A stretch of DNA of 48,098 nt from assembly GCF_004010195.1 (NCBI RefSeq), contig NC_057719.1, positions 38,825,733 through 38,873,830 of the forward strand, read 5' to 3'. This document shows, piece after piece, positions 33,735-45,929 of the stretch. Position 1 is the stretch's first letter; each line of letters opens with the position of its first letter. Origin of the DNA: Chiloscyllium plagiosum. Its lineage: Eukaryota. The notes under the pieces are model-generated. The model ran no database searches, had not been told where the DNA came from, and saw nothing but the letters and a program-made list of their open reading frames with translations. Position numbers and translations under genes: made by a program.

Positions 33735-33845
33735 TTTTTAGACATTCTCTAATCAATGTGTTCAGAAATGTTATGACACACCTCTGGGGACTTGAACCCA
33801 AGCCTCCTGATTCCGAGGTGGGCCACTGTACCACAAGAGCCCTCA
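33735..33845 (-). mobile_element. Short tRNA-derived SINE
   Basis: Minus strand AGGGCTCTTGTGGTACAGTGG...GGGTTCAAGTCCCCAGAGGTGTG...TTGATTAG; same family as 7972-8085. Confidence 0.7.
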
Positions 33846-33979
33846 GTAATCCTCTTTTTATGCTGTGTCTAAATGTCTATCTAATTACAAATGGTACAGG
33901 ATCAACTATTATAAAGTCTTAGGAAGAAGAGGTACTTGTCTTACGTAGCAAGATATCATTTATATTGTTATACAGTTAA

Positions 33980-34140
33980 AGAGTCACAGAGGTACACAGA
34001 ACAGAAAAAAGATCTTTGGCCCATCACGTCCATGCTGGTCAAAAGAAAACCTAACTATTCTAATCCTATTTCTAACACTTGGTCCATATATGGTATGGCA
34101 TTGCAAATGCACATTCTAATACTTCTTAAATATTATAATG
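33980..34140 (-). mobile_element. CR1 3' end fragment
   Basis: AGAGTCACAGAG..ACAGAAAAAAGATCTTTGGCCCATCACGTCCATGCTGGTC, similar to 41833-41960. Confidence 0.7.
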
Positions 34141-35024
34141 TAGTCAGAAAGAAACTGCCCTGAGAGTCCTCAATATTGACTTCAGATGCGATGAAGGATG
34201 ATGGTGTCATGTCAAACAGGGGCAGGTAGACCGCCTGAAGATTACTCTGTATTGTTTATCCTTGTCTGAATCAGTTCTCCTCCAAGTTAAATATGAACTG
34301 GAGGAAGCACTGAGGATGGCAAGGATGCTGAAAGTACTCTGTATGGAGGACTTTAACATCCATCATCATGGATGGCTTGGCAACTACTGACCAAACTGGT
34401 CATGTCCGAAAGGACATTGCTACCTGGACTGGGACTGTAGAAGGTGGTGAAGGAACCAATAAGAGGGAAAAACATACTTGACCTCATCCTCATCAGATGC
34501 CGCAGATGCATCTTTCCATGACAGTATTGGTAGGAGTAAACACATACAGTCCTTGTGGAATAAAGTCCCACTTTCACATTAAGAATATCCTCCATCATGT
34601 GGTGTGGCACGATCACTGTTCTAATTAGGACAGACTTTGAACCGGTGTGGCAACTCGAGGTTGGGCATCCATCAGATGCTATGGGCCATCAAAATTATTC
34701 TCAAACTCAATTAGCAACTTCAAGGCCTGCATATCACCCACTCAACCATTACCATCAGCTTTTGTTCAATGAAGGGTGTAGGAGGGCATGCGAAGAGTAG
34801 GATCAGTCATACCTAAAAAATAAAGTATAAACCTGATCAAGCTACCAAACAAGTCTACTTTTGTGTCAAGCAACATTAGTAGCAAATGATTGACAGAGGT
34901 AAGCAATTCTACAACCAAAGGATCAGATTAAATATCTGCTGTCCTGCCACAACTGATTGTGACCAGTGGTATACAGTTAAACAACTCACGGGAGAAGGGG
35001 ATTTTACAAATCTCTTCATCCTAC

Positions 35025-35838
35025 ATAACAGGAAAGGAAACATAGTAACATAGGAAGAGGAGTAGACCATTCACTCCCTTGAGCATGTTTAACCATTCAA
35101 TGAGATCATGGCTGATCTATGGTCTAACTCCCTAGACCCACATCCCTTAATATCCGAGTTTAACAGAACTTTATCTATCTCAGATTTAAAATTAGCAACT
35201 GATCCAAAAATACCAATAGATGCTGGAAGAGAGTTCCAAACATCTACATCTTGTGTAAAGAAGTGCATCCTAACATCTATCCATAGAATTCCTACAATGT
35301 GGAAACAGGCTATTTGGTGACCCTCCAAACAGGATCCCAACCAGACCCATCCCACTACCCTATCAACCTGCATTTCCCATGGCTAATACACTTAACCTAC
35401 ACATCCCTGAACACTAATTTGCATGGTCTTTCCCCCTAACTTGCACATCTTTGGACTGTGGGAGGAAACCAGAGCACCCAGAGGAAACACACACAGACAC
35501 GGGGAGATTGTGTAAACGCCACACAGACAGTCACCCAAGGCTGGAATCGAACCCAGGTCCCTGGTACTGTGAGGCAGTAGTGCTAACCACTGACCCACTG
35601 TGTTACCCCAAACTGATATATCTACTGAACAGTCTAGCCTGAATTCTCAGATCACGCCCTTAGCTCTAGAAACCCCAACCAGTGGAAATAATTTATCTAC
35701 CCTGTCTTTTCCTGTTGATATCTTGATGACTTTTGATCAGGTCAATCCTTAGCCTTTGAAACGCGAGAAAAAACAGGCCTAATTTACTTTATCTCTACTC
35801 ATAACTTAACCCCTGAAATCTGGCATCATTCTTGTAAA
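35025..35838 (-). mobile_element. CR1 3' fragment nested in the LINE
   Basis: VRMHFFTQDVDVWNSLP..NFKSEIDK. 3'UTR reverse complement at 35040-35120. Confidence 0.85.
35282..35608 (-). mobile_element. HE1/V-SINE-type SINE nested in CR1
   Basis: Head with B box GGTTCGATTCC, V-domain-like CCCCGTGTCTGTGTGTGTTTCCTCTGGGTGCTCTGG, tail GAATTCTATG. Confidence 0.92.
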
Positions 35839-37167
35839 CTAGGCCAGCACATTTGCGCAAAAGAAGCATTTGCAACAATCTTCATCCAGAATTGCCAAGT
35901 GGATGATCCATCTTGGCTTTTTCCAGATGTCCCCAGCATCACAGATGTCAATCCTCAGCCAATTTGATTCATTCCACATGAAATCAAGAAATGGTTGTAA
36001 GGCAATGGATACTGCAAATGCTATGGATCCTGACAACATTCCAGCAACAGCACTGAAGCCTCCGGACTTTCTGTACCCCTAGCCAAGCTGTTCCAGCACA
36101 GCTAAAACACTGTCATTTAGCCAACAATATATGGAAAATTGACCATATATGTCTTGTACACATAAAGCAGGATAAATCCAACCCAGTCAATTATCTCTCC
36201 ATCAGTCTACTCTCGATCATCAGTAAAATGATGAAAGGTGTCAATGATAGTGCTATCAAGCTCAGGAATAATCCCCTCGGTGACACCCAGTTTGGGTTCT
36301 GCCAAGCCTATCCAGCACTTGAACTCATTACAGCCTTAGTTCAAACGTGGACAAAAAAGCTGAATTCCAGAGGTAAGGTGAGAGTGACAGAGTAAGGCCG
36401 TATTTGACTGAGTGTGACATCAAGGAGCCCTGGCAAAACTGGAGTCAATGAGGATCAGTGGAAAATTCTTTCTGGTCGGAATCATACCTGGCACACAGTA
36501 AGATGGTTGTGATTGTCGGAGGTCAGTCATCTCAGCTCCAGGTCATCTGTGCAGGAGTTCCTAACAGAAGCTTCCGAGGTCCAAACATTTTTTGCTGCTT
36601 CAACAATGATCTTCACTCTGTCGTTAGGTCAAAAATGGGGATGTTCACTGATGACTGCAGTCTATATCCAAATGCAACAATATTTAGACAATATCAAGGT
36701 TGGGGTTGAAGTGACAGATAACATTCTCACCATACAAATGCCAAGCAATGACCACCTTCAGCAAGAAAGAATCTAACCATTGTGCCTTGACATTCAATGG
36801 CATTACCATCACTAAATTCCCCCACTGTTACCATTGACCAGAAACTGAACAGGACTGTTAATATAAATACAGTGGCTACAAGAGCCCGTCTGAGGCTAGG
36901 AATCTTATAGAGAGTAACTCAGCTCCTGACTCACTGAAGCCTACCCAACATCTACAAATCAAGAGTATGATGGAATATTCCCCACTTATTCTGAATGAGT
37001 GCAGCTCCAGCTCAAGAAGCTTGACACCATCCAGGACAAACATCCACAACCATCTACCTCCTCTACTACTGATGTTCAGGAGCAGCAGTGTGGACTATCT
37101 ACAAGAAGCACTGCAGAAATTTGGCAAATATCCTTAGAAAGCACTTTTCATTCCCTCACCCACTTGT

Positions 37168-37287
37168 ATAATAGAATCCCTACAGTGTGGAAGCAGGCCA
37201 TTCAGCCCATCGAATCCAAACTGCCCCTCTGAAGATCATCCTACCTAGACCCATGCCTCTGTCCCTGCGTTTCCCATGGCTAATCCT
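37168..37287 (-). mobile_element. 3' fragment of HE1-type SINE / CR1 tail
   Basis: ATAGAATCCCTACAGTGTGGAAGCAGGCCATTCAGCCCATCGAATCC matches the SINE 3' ends at ~5012 and ~35282. Confidence 0.8.
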
Positions 37288-38386
37288 GACTTGGAAATAT
37301 ATGGTCATTCCTGCAGTATTATTGGTTCAGAATCCCAAAATCTCCTTCCTAATGGCATTGTAGCTCTATCATATGGACTGTAGCAGTTCAAGAAGGCAGC
37401 TCTCCACCACTTTCTCAAGTACAATAAATTCCAGCCTAGCCAGCAATGACACATGCATTCCATGAGTGAATAAATTAAAAATAGAGAACTCAGGAGATTT
37501 TTTTTTAAACTTAGTATGCAGTATAAATATGAAACTCATTATCTTAAAGGATAGGTGAGGTAACCGCTGTATTTTTGTGATATATCACCACAGCAATGCA
37601 GACAGATGACACTAGTTTTTAAATGGGAAACATGTTAATTTATAAGAGTTTTAAAATAGCTCTGCAGTCACAAATGTCTAAGCTCGTGTTTACAGTTCAA
37701 CTTCAAATTGCATTTGCTTAGTCTAACACCGAGTCAATATCCAATACTTAACTAATCAAGAACAGTGAGAATAATCAGTTTCATGTAATCAAACATGGAA
37801 AAACTGAATACTACAGTGACTAACATGGATTTAAGGGGAAAATAGATACTTATGAGGCAGAAGAAAAATAGGTACTTTATAGATACATAGAGTTATTACA
37901 ACACAGAAGGAGAAGTTCTGTGCAAGTTGGGAGGAGGCTGGTGTGGAGCGTAACTTCTAACATTGGACCTTTAGATCAAATGCATCTGTGCTGTAAGCAC
38001 TGATGCAAAACTGTATGTTTTAGATGAGGTCTAATCGAGTCTTATAGCTATCCTTGAAACATGGGTTGTTACTGACCAGTTTGGTACGGCCCAGAATTTC
38101 TTCATGGAAATCGCAATCTCCTGACATGTCACATGAGACTTTAAGATGCAGTCAATAATTGTTTTCAAGTGCTTTTCCTTTTCTCTCACCACTAAGCTTA
38201 TACCGATTCACTAGGGCAATTCCTGCACATCTTTTTGAATAGCATGCATTTTTTGAAATTGAATTAGATTTGCAAGTTTTGGGACTATTTTTCCAATCCA
38301 TCCAAGATAAATTTCAATATATTTCATTCTTCTTTGCTTCTGACTCTACTGAATAATTTACCATCTTCCATAAGTTTAATTGATAT

Positions 38387-39113
38387 TGTCATGAAAGTGT
38401 AGGTATGTACTGTACCTTTAAGAGAGAGAGGAAGCTAGCAAGGACTGACTGAAAGCACAGAGTGTCCTGAATTAGGTAAAAATGTAACATTTGGTAAATA
38501 CAGATAGCTCGTGTGTATTGCCATGGAACAAAAACAAATTCAAATTTGGCCAATCAGTTTAAATGATGCCACAGATACCAAAATCCAATCGAATTTGAAC
38601 TTTACTGTTTGGATAACATCAAACCAATGAAATGATCTGATGTTTTGGGGTATAAAACCAGACATTTTGTACAGTTAGGGGGAGAACTGCCAAGAAAACT
38701 AACATGTACAGACTGCTAGCCGATTAGCTCTCTGAAAGGCACCTGTTCATATGAAGACCTGTGAAGCCGAATACTGAAGACAACAGAAGAAAATCTACAG
38801 AGGAGGATACAAAGAGAAGATTCGACAGCTGGTTGGTTTTGAAATTTGAATTTTGTTGTTAATCTTAATCGGGGTTTTTATCAGACCAGTATTATAGATT
38901 GGGAGGTAAAAAATCGGTTTAAAAGAAAGGAGTTGTAAATAGTTGTTTAATGTTCTCTTTTGGACTTAAAGAATAAAATTGTTAATTTTTACTTTAAATA
39001 GTGACCTCTGGCATAGTCCTTTGGCTCTCAAAATTTAACAGATTGCAACACGAGGTGAGCTTCTCTGTGTATTAGGGTTCAATTAGCAGAGGGGTTTACC
39101 CCGTGTTGTAACA
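38387..39113 (+). mobile_element. Solo LTR (727 bp)
   Basis: TGTCATGA...TTGTAACA termini and near-TSD ATAT/CTAT. CCAAT boxes (~38550, 38585, 38624), TATAAAA at 38651 and AATAAA at 38972 lie in U3-R-U5 order. Confidence 0.8.
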
Positions 39114-39687
39114 CTATACTATCTAAGTTCTTGTTCAGATTATTACTACACCTGATAACACACTGAACCTTGGGACAACCCACCATTGGTCTAATCCTAC
39201 TGGGAAGCAAAAATATATCTATGCTTTTGACCTTTTGGGCATTATAAAATCTGTCTTACAACATTGAAATCATGGAGCCTTTTTATTGATGTGGCATTTT
39301 ACCAAATGCTTTTAAGAAATATGAATGAGTGATATGTACTAGATTCCCTGAGCCACTATTTTAAGTGATACCATCATCAACTACATTTGTCATTCCCATG
39401 GATATATAATTTCACCCTTGGATGCAAAATTCAACCAATCTATTTGAGATATGACATGCAAATTTGATGTGATATTATTTAAATTTGAAGTTTACGTTGA
39501 AGAAATGTGATTGAAGTGAAATGATTTATTGGATGAATACAATGATATATAGGTAGGTAGATAGATGGAAAAACTAGGACATAATGGTCTGTAGACAGTG
39601 ATGAAAGCAAGGTGTTCTCTATTCACCACTTTGACATCAATGTTTATGTGGCTTTTGATAGAGAATTGCTGCAAGCAAGCATTTCAT

Positions 39688-40012
39688 GGGCGGCACGGTG
39701 GCACAGTGGTTAGCACTGCTGCCTCACAGCGCCAGAGACCCGGGTTCAATTCCCGCCACAGGCGACTAACTGTGTGGAGTTTGCACGTTCTCCCCGTGTC
39801 TGCGTGGGTTTCCTCCGGGTGCTCCGGTTTCCTCCCACAGTCCAAAGATGTGCAGGTCAGGTGAATTGGCCATGCTAAAGTTGCCCGTAGTGTTAGGTAA
39901 GGGGTAAATGTAGGGGTATGGGTGGGTTGCGCTTCGGCGGGGCGGTGTGGACTTGTTGGGCCGAAGGGCCTGTTTCCACACTGTAAGTAATCTAATCTGT
40001 AAGTAATCTAAT
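39688..40012 (+). mobile_element. Full-length young HE1/V-SINE-type SINE
   Basis: A box TGGCACAGTGG (39699) and B box GGTTCAATTCC (39743), CpGs retained. CR1-like 3' end GGGCCGAAGGGCCTGTTTCC with (CTGTAAGTAATCTAAT)2 tail. Confidence 0.95.
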
Positions 40013-40059
40013 GTAATGCTGCACTTTCTGCCATCAATCTGTATGTAGTATGTAAGCAA

Positions 40060-40530
40060 AATTGGAAGGCAGCAGAAACGAACAGAAACAAGGTCTTTTG
40101 TTGGAACTGGATATTCAACATTGAGGAAACATAGGCAACTAAAGAAATTGAAGTGAAGTAGCATAGTTAATATAAGATGTTTGAATTATTAGTGAGACAG
40201 GATCTTAGATCAGAGGATCGAGGTGTGCAATCAGTTTGGGTGGAGTAAAGAAATAGCAAGGGATACTTCAGCCACTTGCCCGGCTTCATGACCTAAAATT
40301 AAGTTCAGGACCACTTCTCTTCTTGGGTCTTCTACATTCTAGTTTGAAAAAAAAAACTCTTCTGGAGCATCCTGCTCTCTCTAAAACTTTCACACTATGA
40401 CAACCACAGTTAATGTTGGGAAAGTTGAAATCCCCAACTATCACAACCTTATTACTTTTACTCTTCTCTGAAATTTGCAAACATACCTGCTCTTCTTTTT
40501 CATCTCTGACTGTTAGGGGGTCTATAGGTA
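40060..40530. mobile_element. Two CR1 endonuclease fragments in opposite orientations (~40060-40265 +, ~40360-40530 -)
   Basis: Plus strand SVWVE*RNSKG; minus strand EEQVCLQISEKSKSNKVVIVGDFNFPNINC. Confidence 0.65.
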
Positions 40531-40599
40531 AGGCGAAAATCACCATCGTTCTACCGGACCATAGAGCTGCTCTTTCATTGAACAGAGATGATTTGGGTG

Positions 40600-41220
40600 A
40601 GTAGCTTGGTGTGGAAATTGCAGGTGAAGGCATTCCCATTTATCTGCTGCCATTTCCTTCTAGATGGTAGCAGTCATAGGTTTAGAAGATGCTGTCTAAG
40701 GGACCTTGGTGAATTTCTCCATTGCATTTAGTAGATAATACATACAGTTTCTACAGTGGTAGAGGAAGTGGATGCTTGTGGGCGTGGCATCAATCAAGCA
40801 GGGAGCTTTGCCCTGGATGGTGTCAAGCTTCTTGAGTTTTGTTGGAGCTGCACTCATCCATGAAAGTGGGAAGTAGTTCATCACACTCTGACTTGTTCCT
40901 TCCAGATGGTGGATAGTGTTTGAGGTACTCGCTGCAAGTTCCCTAAACTCTGACCTACTAGCCACATAGCTTATATGAGTAGATCAATTCAATTTCTTGT
41001 CAATGATAACCCCCATGATGTTGATAGTGGGAGATATCATCGAATCTCAAGGGCGATGGTTAGATTCTCTCTTGTTGAAGATGGTCATTGTATGGTACCT
41101 GTGTGGTGTAAATGTTAATTACTGTTTGTTAGCACAAGCCTGAATATTGTCCAGATCTGGTTGCCTTTGGGCATAAACGTCTTCATTCCTGAGGAGTCTC
41201 AAATGGTGCTGAACATTCCT
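40600..41220 (-). mobile_element. Second-family LINE C-terminal fragment
   Basis: SVMNYFPLSWMSAAPTKLKKLDTIQGKA; homologous to 36700-37140. Confidence 0.85.
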
Positions 41221-42084
41221 AAAGTGGAAGCAACAAGATATGAGCTTACACTAGGCATTAGAGAAAGAGTGGTGCTCCACTAGACAATAGGTTCTAACAT
41301 GATATGATGCTATGAACAAGCAGATAGTGTAGCTGGTGTCTCTTGCAGTGCAATTCCAATGAGAGCTGATCAGAAAGAAGATGATGAAAAGTATTATTAT
41401 GTTTATGAATGTGAAGTTCTATCTATAATGAAGTGCCAAGGAGCTTTTCTTTGAAGTTTCTCTCTCAGTATGTATACTGTGAAGAGCTGTTTCTGGTTGG
41501 TAGAATTGATCTGATGCACAGCTCGGTTTTAAATGAGACATCAATGATGCAAACCTCGAAAGGTCCCCGCAGTGGTGAATACTTTCAATGGTGCAAGCAC
41601 AGCACCACAGAGGCTTTCTGCATAAAAAAAATTAGCTGAGTAATGTAAAATGACATGAGATAACTCATTAGAGCTCACAAAGAAAAACTCCCCAAAAGTG
41701 ATATTTAACATTTGTCTAGTAAATTTAAGCCCACTGATGGGGTTATGAAGATGTTCTAGCAAAAGAATTAAGGGGGAATCAATGGATGTAGGGTATTTAG
41801 ATTTTCAAAGGACTTTCGAAAAGGTCATGTGCCATACAGAATCATACAGCACAGAAGAGGCTCTTTGGCCCTTTGAGTCTGTACTAGTCCCACTTTCCAG
41901 CATTAGACCTAAAGCGTGGAATGTTATGAAATTACAAACATTAAAAATACATTTTAAAGTTTCTAAAGTTTCCCACCTTGACTACCCTCCCAGGCCAGTA
42001 CATTTCAGCCCCACACCCTCTGGGTGAAACAGGTTTTCATCAAATACCTGCTAAACCTTCTGCTTTTCACTTAAAATTTTACTA

Positions 42085-42433
42085 CAGGAAGACAACCCTT
42101 TATCTGAAATCATGAAATCTGAAAAGCTCTGAAATCCAAAGGTTTCTCATGAAGTATTTTTCTCATTAACAAGGTTGTTTGGCGTGCAGTTAACCCAACT
42201 CCACACCCACTCAATGTGTGTCACTCAGATGGGAGGTGGGGGGGGAGAAGCGTGGTCCACCACTGGCAGGCCTCAATTCTGTTTCAGGGCCTATTTTACT
42301 CACAGTGAGTCTGCTGTTATGTAAGATTTTATAAATTTCACCATCAAACTGTCAGTTATTATGAAATTTGAAAAATTCTGAATCCCAAAAACCAGCTAGT
42401 CCTGAGCATTTTGGATAAAGGATTTTGCACCTG
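42085..42433. mobile_element. Tc1/mariner-superfamily (pogo/Tigger-like) MITE
   Basis: TIR CAGGAAGACAACCCTTTATCTGAAAT / ATTTTGGATAAAGGATTTTGCACCTG with TA on both flanks. Subterminal TGAAATC repeats. Cleanly interrupts CR1. Confidence 0.82.
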
Positions 42434-43370
42434 TACTTCCTTGTCATTGACCCATCAAGTGAGGGAACAGATGCTTTCTAACCATCCTGTTCATCTCCTT
42501 CATAATCTTATGCACCCCCAGCTAGGTCCACTTTCAATGTTCTCTGCTCTGAAGAAAGCAACCCAAGCTTTTCTAGCCTCCCTTCAGAGCTGAAATGCTT
42601 CATCCTAGGCAACATCCCTCCTGTCCAATCACATTCTTCCTATACTATAGTGACCAGAACTGCATGCAGTACTCCAACTGTTGCATAACCAAGTTTTGTG
42701 CAGCTCCAACACAACCTCCCTGCTCTTTCAATCTATGCCACAACTGAAAAAGGCACAGGGCTATATACCTTCTTAATCATCTTATTGACTTGTCCTGCTG
42801 TCTTCAGGGATCTGTGGATTAGCTTTCCAAGGTCCTCTTTTCCTCTGAACTTCCTAGTGCCCTGCTTTTCATTGCATACTCCCTTGTTTTATTATTTATT
42901 CTAAAGTGCATCACCTCACACTTGTCAGGGTTAAGTTCAATCTGCCACCAATCTGTCTAAACCCTCCAGTAACTTAAAACCTTCTTCCTCACTGTCACTA
43001 ACCAACCTTAGTGTCATCCGCAAACGTATTTATCGTCCCCCTACATTTTCTCCTGTATCTTTTATATGCATCATGAACAATAAGAGACCCAACACTGATC
43101 TCTGTAGTACTCCAATAGCCTTCAGTCACATAAGTGGCTTTCTATCAACACCCTCTATCTCTTACCAGCAGGTCAATTTTTGATCTGACTTACCATGATA
43201 CCCTGGATCCCTTTACTTTTATCTTGTTCATTATGCTCATGTGGATGCTTGTCAATGGCTTTGTGAAGTCCATTTAAAGTAGATAACTGCACTACCCTCA
43301 TCTATACACCGGGTCACCACTTCAAAAAATTCAATCAAATTTGTTAGGCATGACCTTCCTCTGACAAAGG

Positions 43371-43501
43371 AGATAGTGAGGACTTCAGATGCTGGAGAAT
43401 CAGAGTGGAAAAAGAATGAAGCTGGAAAAAGCACAGTGAGTCAAGGAACATCAGAGGAGAAGGGGAGTCGACATTTCAGGTTGGAATCTTTCATCAGGAC
43501 T
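43371..43501 (-). mobile_element. PLE terminal fragment with minimal hammerhead core
   Basis: Minus strand AGTC-CTGATGA-AAGATTCCAACCT-GAAA-T-GTC^GACT (4-bp stem I). Flanking duplication CTCTGACAAAG / CTCCGATAAAG. Confidence 0.8.
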
Positions 43502-43751
43502 CCGATAAAGCGTGCTGACTATCTCTGATCACCTCTCCAAGTTAAGATTAATTCTCTTCTTCTGGATTTTATTCAATAGATTCCCTGCTACTGACGTGGA
43601 ACATGGGTGTGTATTCCCTGGTTTATTGCTATCATCCTCCTTGAATAACAGTACCACATTGGCTGTTCTCCAGTCTTCTGGCACTTCGCATGTAGCCTGA
43701 GAGAAATTAAAATTTTGAGACAGAGCCCCTGGAACCTCTACCTTCATTAGT

Positions 43752-43918
43752 AGAGGTTATGATTTGACTGTTGAACACAAGTGTTCAGTCCAGAAGGCTG
43801 TAAAATAGCTAATTGAAAAGTGAGATGCTGTTCCTCAGCTTCCATTCAATTTTGTTGGAGAAGTGTAAGAAACCAAGGCTAGAGTTGGATAGAAAACTGA
43901 AATAACAGACAACTGAAT
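43752..43918 (-). mobile_element. Old PLE GIY-YIG C-terminal fragment
   Basis: Minus strand LGFLHFSNKIEWK(L)EEQHLTFQLAILQPSGLN, homologous to 22960-23060. Confidence 0.7.
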
Positions 43919-44721
43919 GGACATTTCTCACAGCAGCCTGGGATATAACTCATCAAGGCATGGTGATTTGTCCACTTTTAAGCCTGGCAAAACATCCAAT
44001 ACCTCCTCACTCTCTACGATAAACTGCTCAAGAACCTCACATTCCCTCTCTGCACTGAAGAAAAGAAAATGCAGGTGTGACTAAATAAAATCAAGTCACA
44101 TTGGGCAGATACTGGAATGGATAGAAAGAATATTCTTGTAATAATTAGTTTTTTTTTTCCAGATTGGCTACCTGGAACTAACGGAGTAATCAAGGGTTGA
44201 TTCTTAGATCCTAGCTATTCAGAATCTACATTGATAATTTGGATGTGGGGCCAATTGGAATAATTCCAATTTATGAATGACGAAAAAACTATGTGGCGTG
44301 TGATCAGGATGCCAAGAGGCTTCAATGGAATTTATATAGCTAACTAAATGAGTGGGCAAGAATGTGGCAGTTGGAATATATGGCAGAAAACTGTAATGTT
44401 ATTCATTTTGGTAGAGAAAATGGAAATGTTGAGCACTTCTCAAATGGTGAGAGACTGGAAAGTGGTGATGTCCAGAGGAACACTTGTGTTCTTGTTCTTG
44501 CCATAAAACTAAAATGGAGGCATAGCAAGTGGTTAAGGAAGGCAAATGGTATGTTGACTTTTAATGCAAGATGATTTGACTACAGGAGTAAAGAAGTCTT
44601 GCTGCAATTATATTGAGCTTTGGTGAAACTAGACCGGAGTATGTATATAGTTTTGGTCTCCTTATCTAAGGACGGAAATACTTAATACAGTGGGTCTGAA
44701 ACAAAGTTCTAATGGACTGAA

Positions 44722-45753
44722 CTGAAAATGTGTTGCTGGAAAAGCGCAGCAGGTCAGGCAGCATCCAAGGAGCAGGAGAATCGACGTTTCTGCATGAGCC
44801 CTTCTTCAGGAATGAGGAAAGTGTGCCAAGCAGGCTAAGATAAAAGGTAGGGAGGAGGGACTTGGGGGAGGGGTGTTGGAAATGCGATAGGTGGAAGGAG
44901 GTTAAGGTGAGGGTGATAAGGTGAGNNNNNNNNNNNNNNNNNNNNNNNNNNNNNNNNNNNNNNNNNNNNNNNNNNNNNNNNNNNNNNNNNNNNNNNNNNN
45001 NNNNNNNNNNNNNNNNNNNNNNNNNNNNNNNNNNNNNNNNNNNNNNNNNNNNNNNNNNNNNNNNNNNNNNNNNNNNNNNNNNNNNNNNNNNNNNNNNNNN
45101 NNNNNNNNNNNNNNNNNNNNNNNNNNNNNNNNNNNNNNNNNNNNNNNNNNNNNNNNNNNNNNNNNNNNNNNNNNNNNNNNNNNNNNNNNNNNNNNNNNNN
45201 NNNNNNNNNNNNNNNNNNNNNNNNNNNNNNNNNNNNNNNNNNNNNNNNNNNNNNNNNNNNNNNNNNNNNNNNNNNNNNNNNNNNNNNNNNNNNNNNNNNN
45301 NNNNNNNNNNNNNNNNNNNNNNNNNNNNNNNNNNNNNNNNNNNNNNNNNNNNNNNNNNNNNNNNNNNNNNNNNNNNNNNNNNNNNNNNNNNNNNNNNNNN
45401 NNNNNNNNNNNNNNNNNNNNNNNNNNNNNNNNNNNNNNNNNNNNNNNNNNNNNNNNNNNNNNNNNNNNNNNNNNNNNNNNNNNNNNNNNNNNNNNNNNNN
45501 NNNNNNNNNNNNNNNNNNNNNNNNNNNNNNNNNNNNNNNNNNNNNNNNNNNNNNNNNNNNNNNNNNNNNNNNNNNNNNNNNNNNNNNNNNNNNNNNNNNN
45601 GGTCGGTTTATAGTAAATGTCCGTGTTGATTCGGTCGCCTGAGATAGAAATGGAGAGGTCTAGGAAGGGGAGGGAGGAGTCTGAGACGGTCCAGATAAAT
45701 TTGAGGTCGGGGTGGAAGGTGTTAGTAAAGTGGATGAACTGTTCAACCTCCTC
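44722..45753 (-). mobile_element. Young 5'-truncated Penelope-like element (RT thumb region + terminus; middle in gap)
   Basis: EVEQFIHFTNTFHPDLKFIWTVSDSSLPFLDLSISISGDRINTDIYYKPT (PLE LPFLD/YxKPT motifs). Perfect 10-bp TSD ATGGACTGAA (44712-44721 / 45754-45763). Hammerhead core CTGAAGA..GAAACGTC at 44779-44813. Confidence 0.92.
44926..45600. other. Assembly gap (N run)
   Basis: Run of N. Confidence 1.
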
Positions 45754-45929
45754 ATGGACTGAATCCTGAGATAGTGAGATTATCCTCAAGAGAGATTTAG
45801 AAGACTGGAATGGTATTCTCGACAGTTTAGAAGACTGTGAGGTGGCATCATTAAGACAGTAAAATTCTTAGTGTTCAAGAGGAAGAATATTTTCTTTGGT
45901 TGTGGATGATTGAGTGGGAGGGGGGTGTA

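Larger units (their letters stand above)
31730..33735 (-). mobile_element. Tx1 copy C: 5'UTR, duplicated ORF1 start, ORF1 fused by deletion to the ORF2 endonuclease region
   Basis: 31730-32162 is a direct repeat of ~28785-29280 (DLVKSFNLVDVWR..SRIDHLY). ORF1 lies upstream. 5'UTR is built of CCTCCACTGCTGCTGCC-like monomers. Confidence 0.9.
34163..37480 (+). mobile_element. Long decayed copy of second LINE family (CR1/L2-group: EN-RT-3' tail), with nested insertions
   Basis: EDFNIHHHGWL; EPIRGKNILDLIL; AMDPDNIP; NPVNYLSISLLS; AGVP..GPNIFCCFNNDL..GMFTDDC. 3' end CCAGCCTAGCCAGCAATGAC..CCATGAGTGAATAAA. Confidence 0.88.
41833..44050 (-). mobile_element. CR1 LINE (RT to 3' end) nested in the older CR1, with three inserts
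   Basis: EVPEDWRTANVVLLFK; FVRGRSCLTNLIEFFEVVT; FADDTK (~43008-43025). 3' tail at 41833. Confidence 0.9.

Noticed and set aside
39688..39760. tRNA gene (A and B boxes present; also other SINE heads)
   Set aside because: Continues directly into SINE body and LINE-like tail; multi-copy SINE head, not a tRNA gene.
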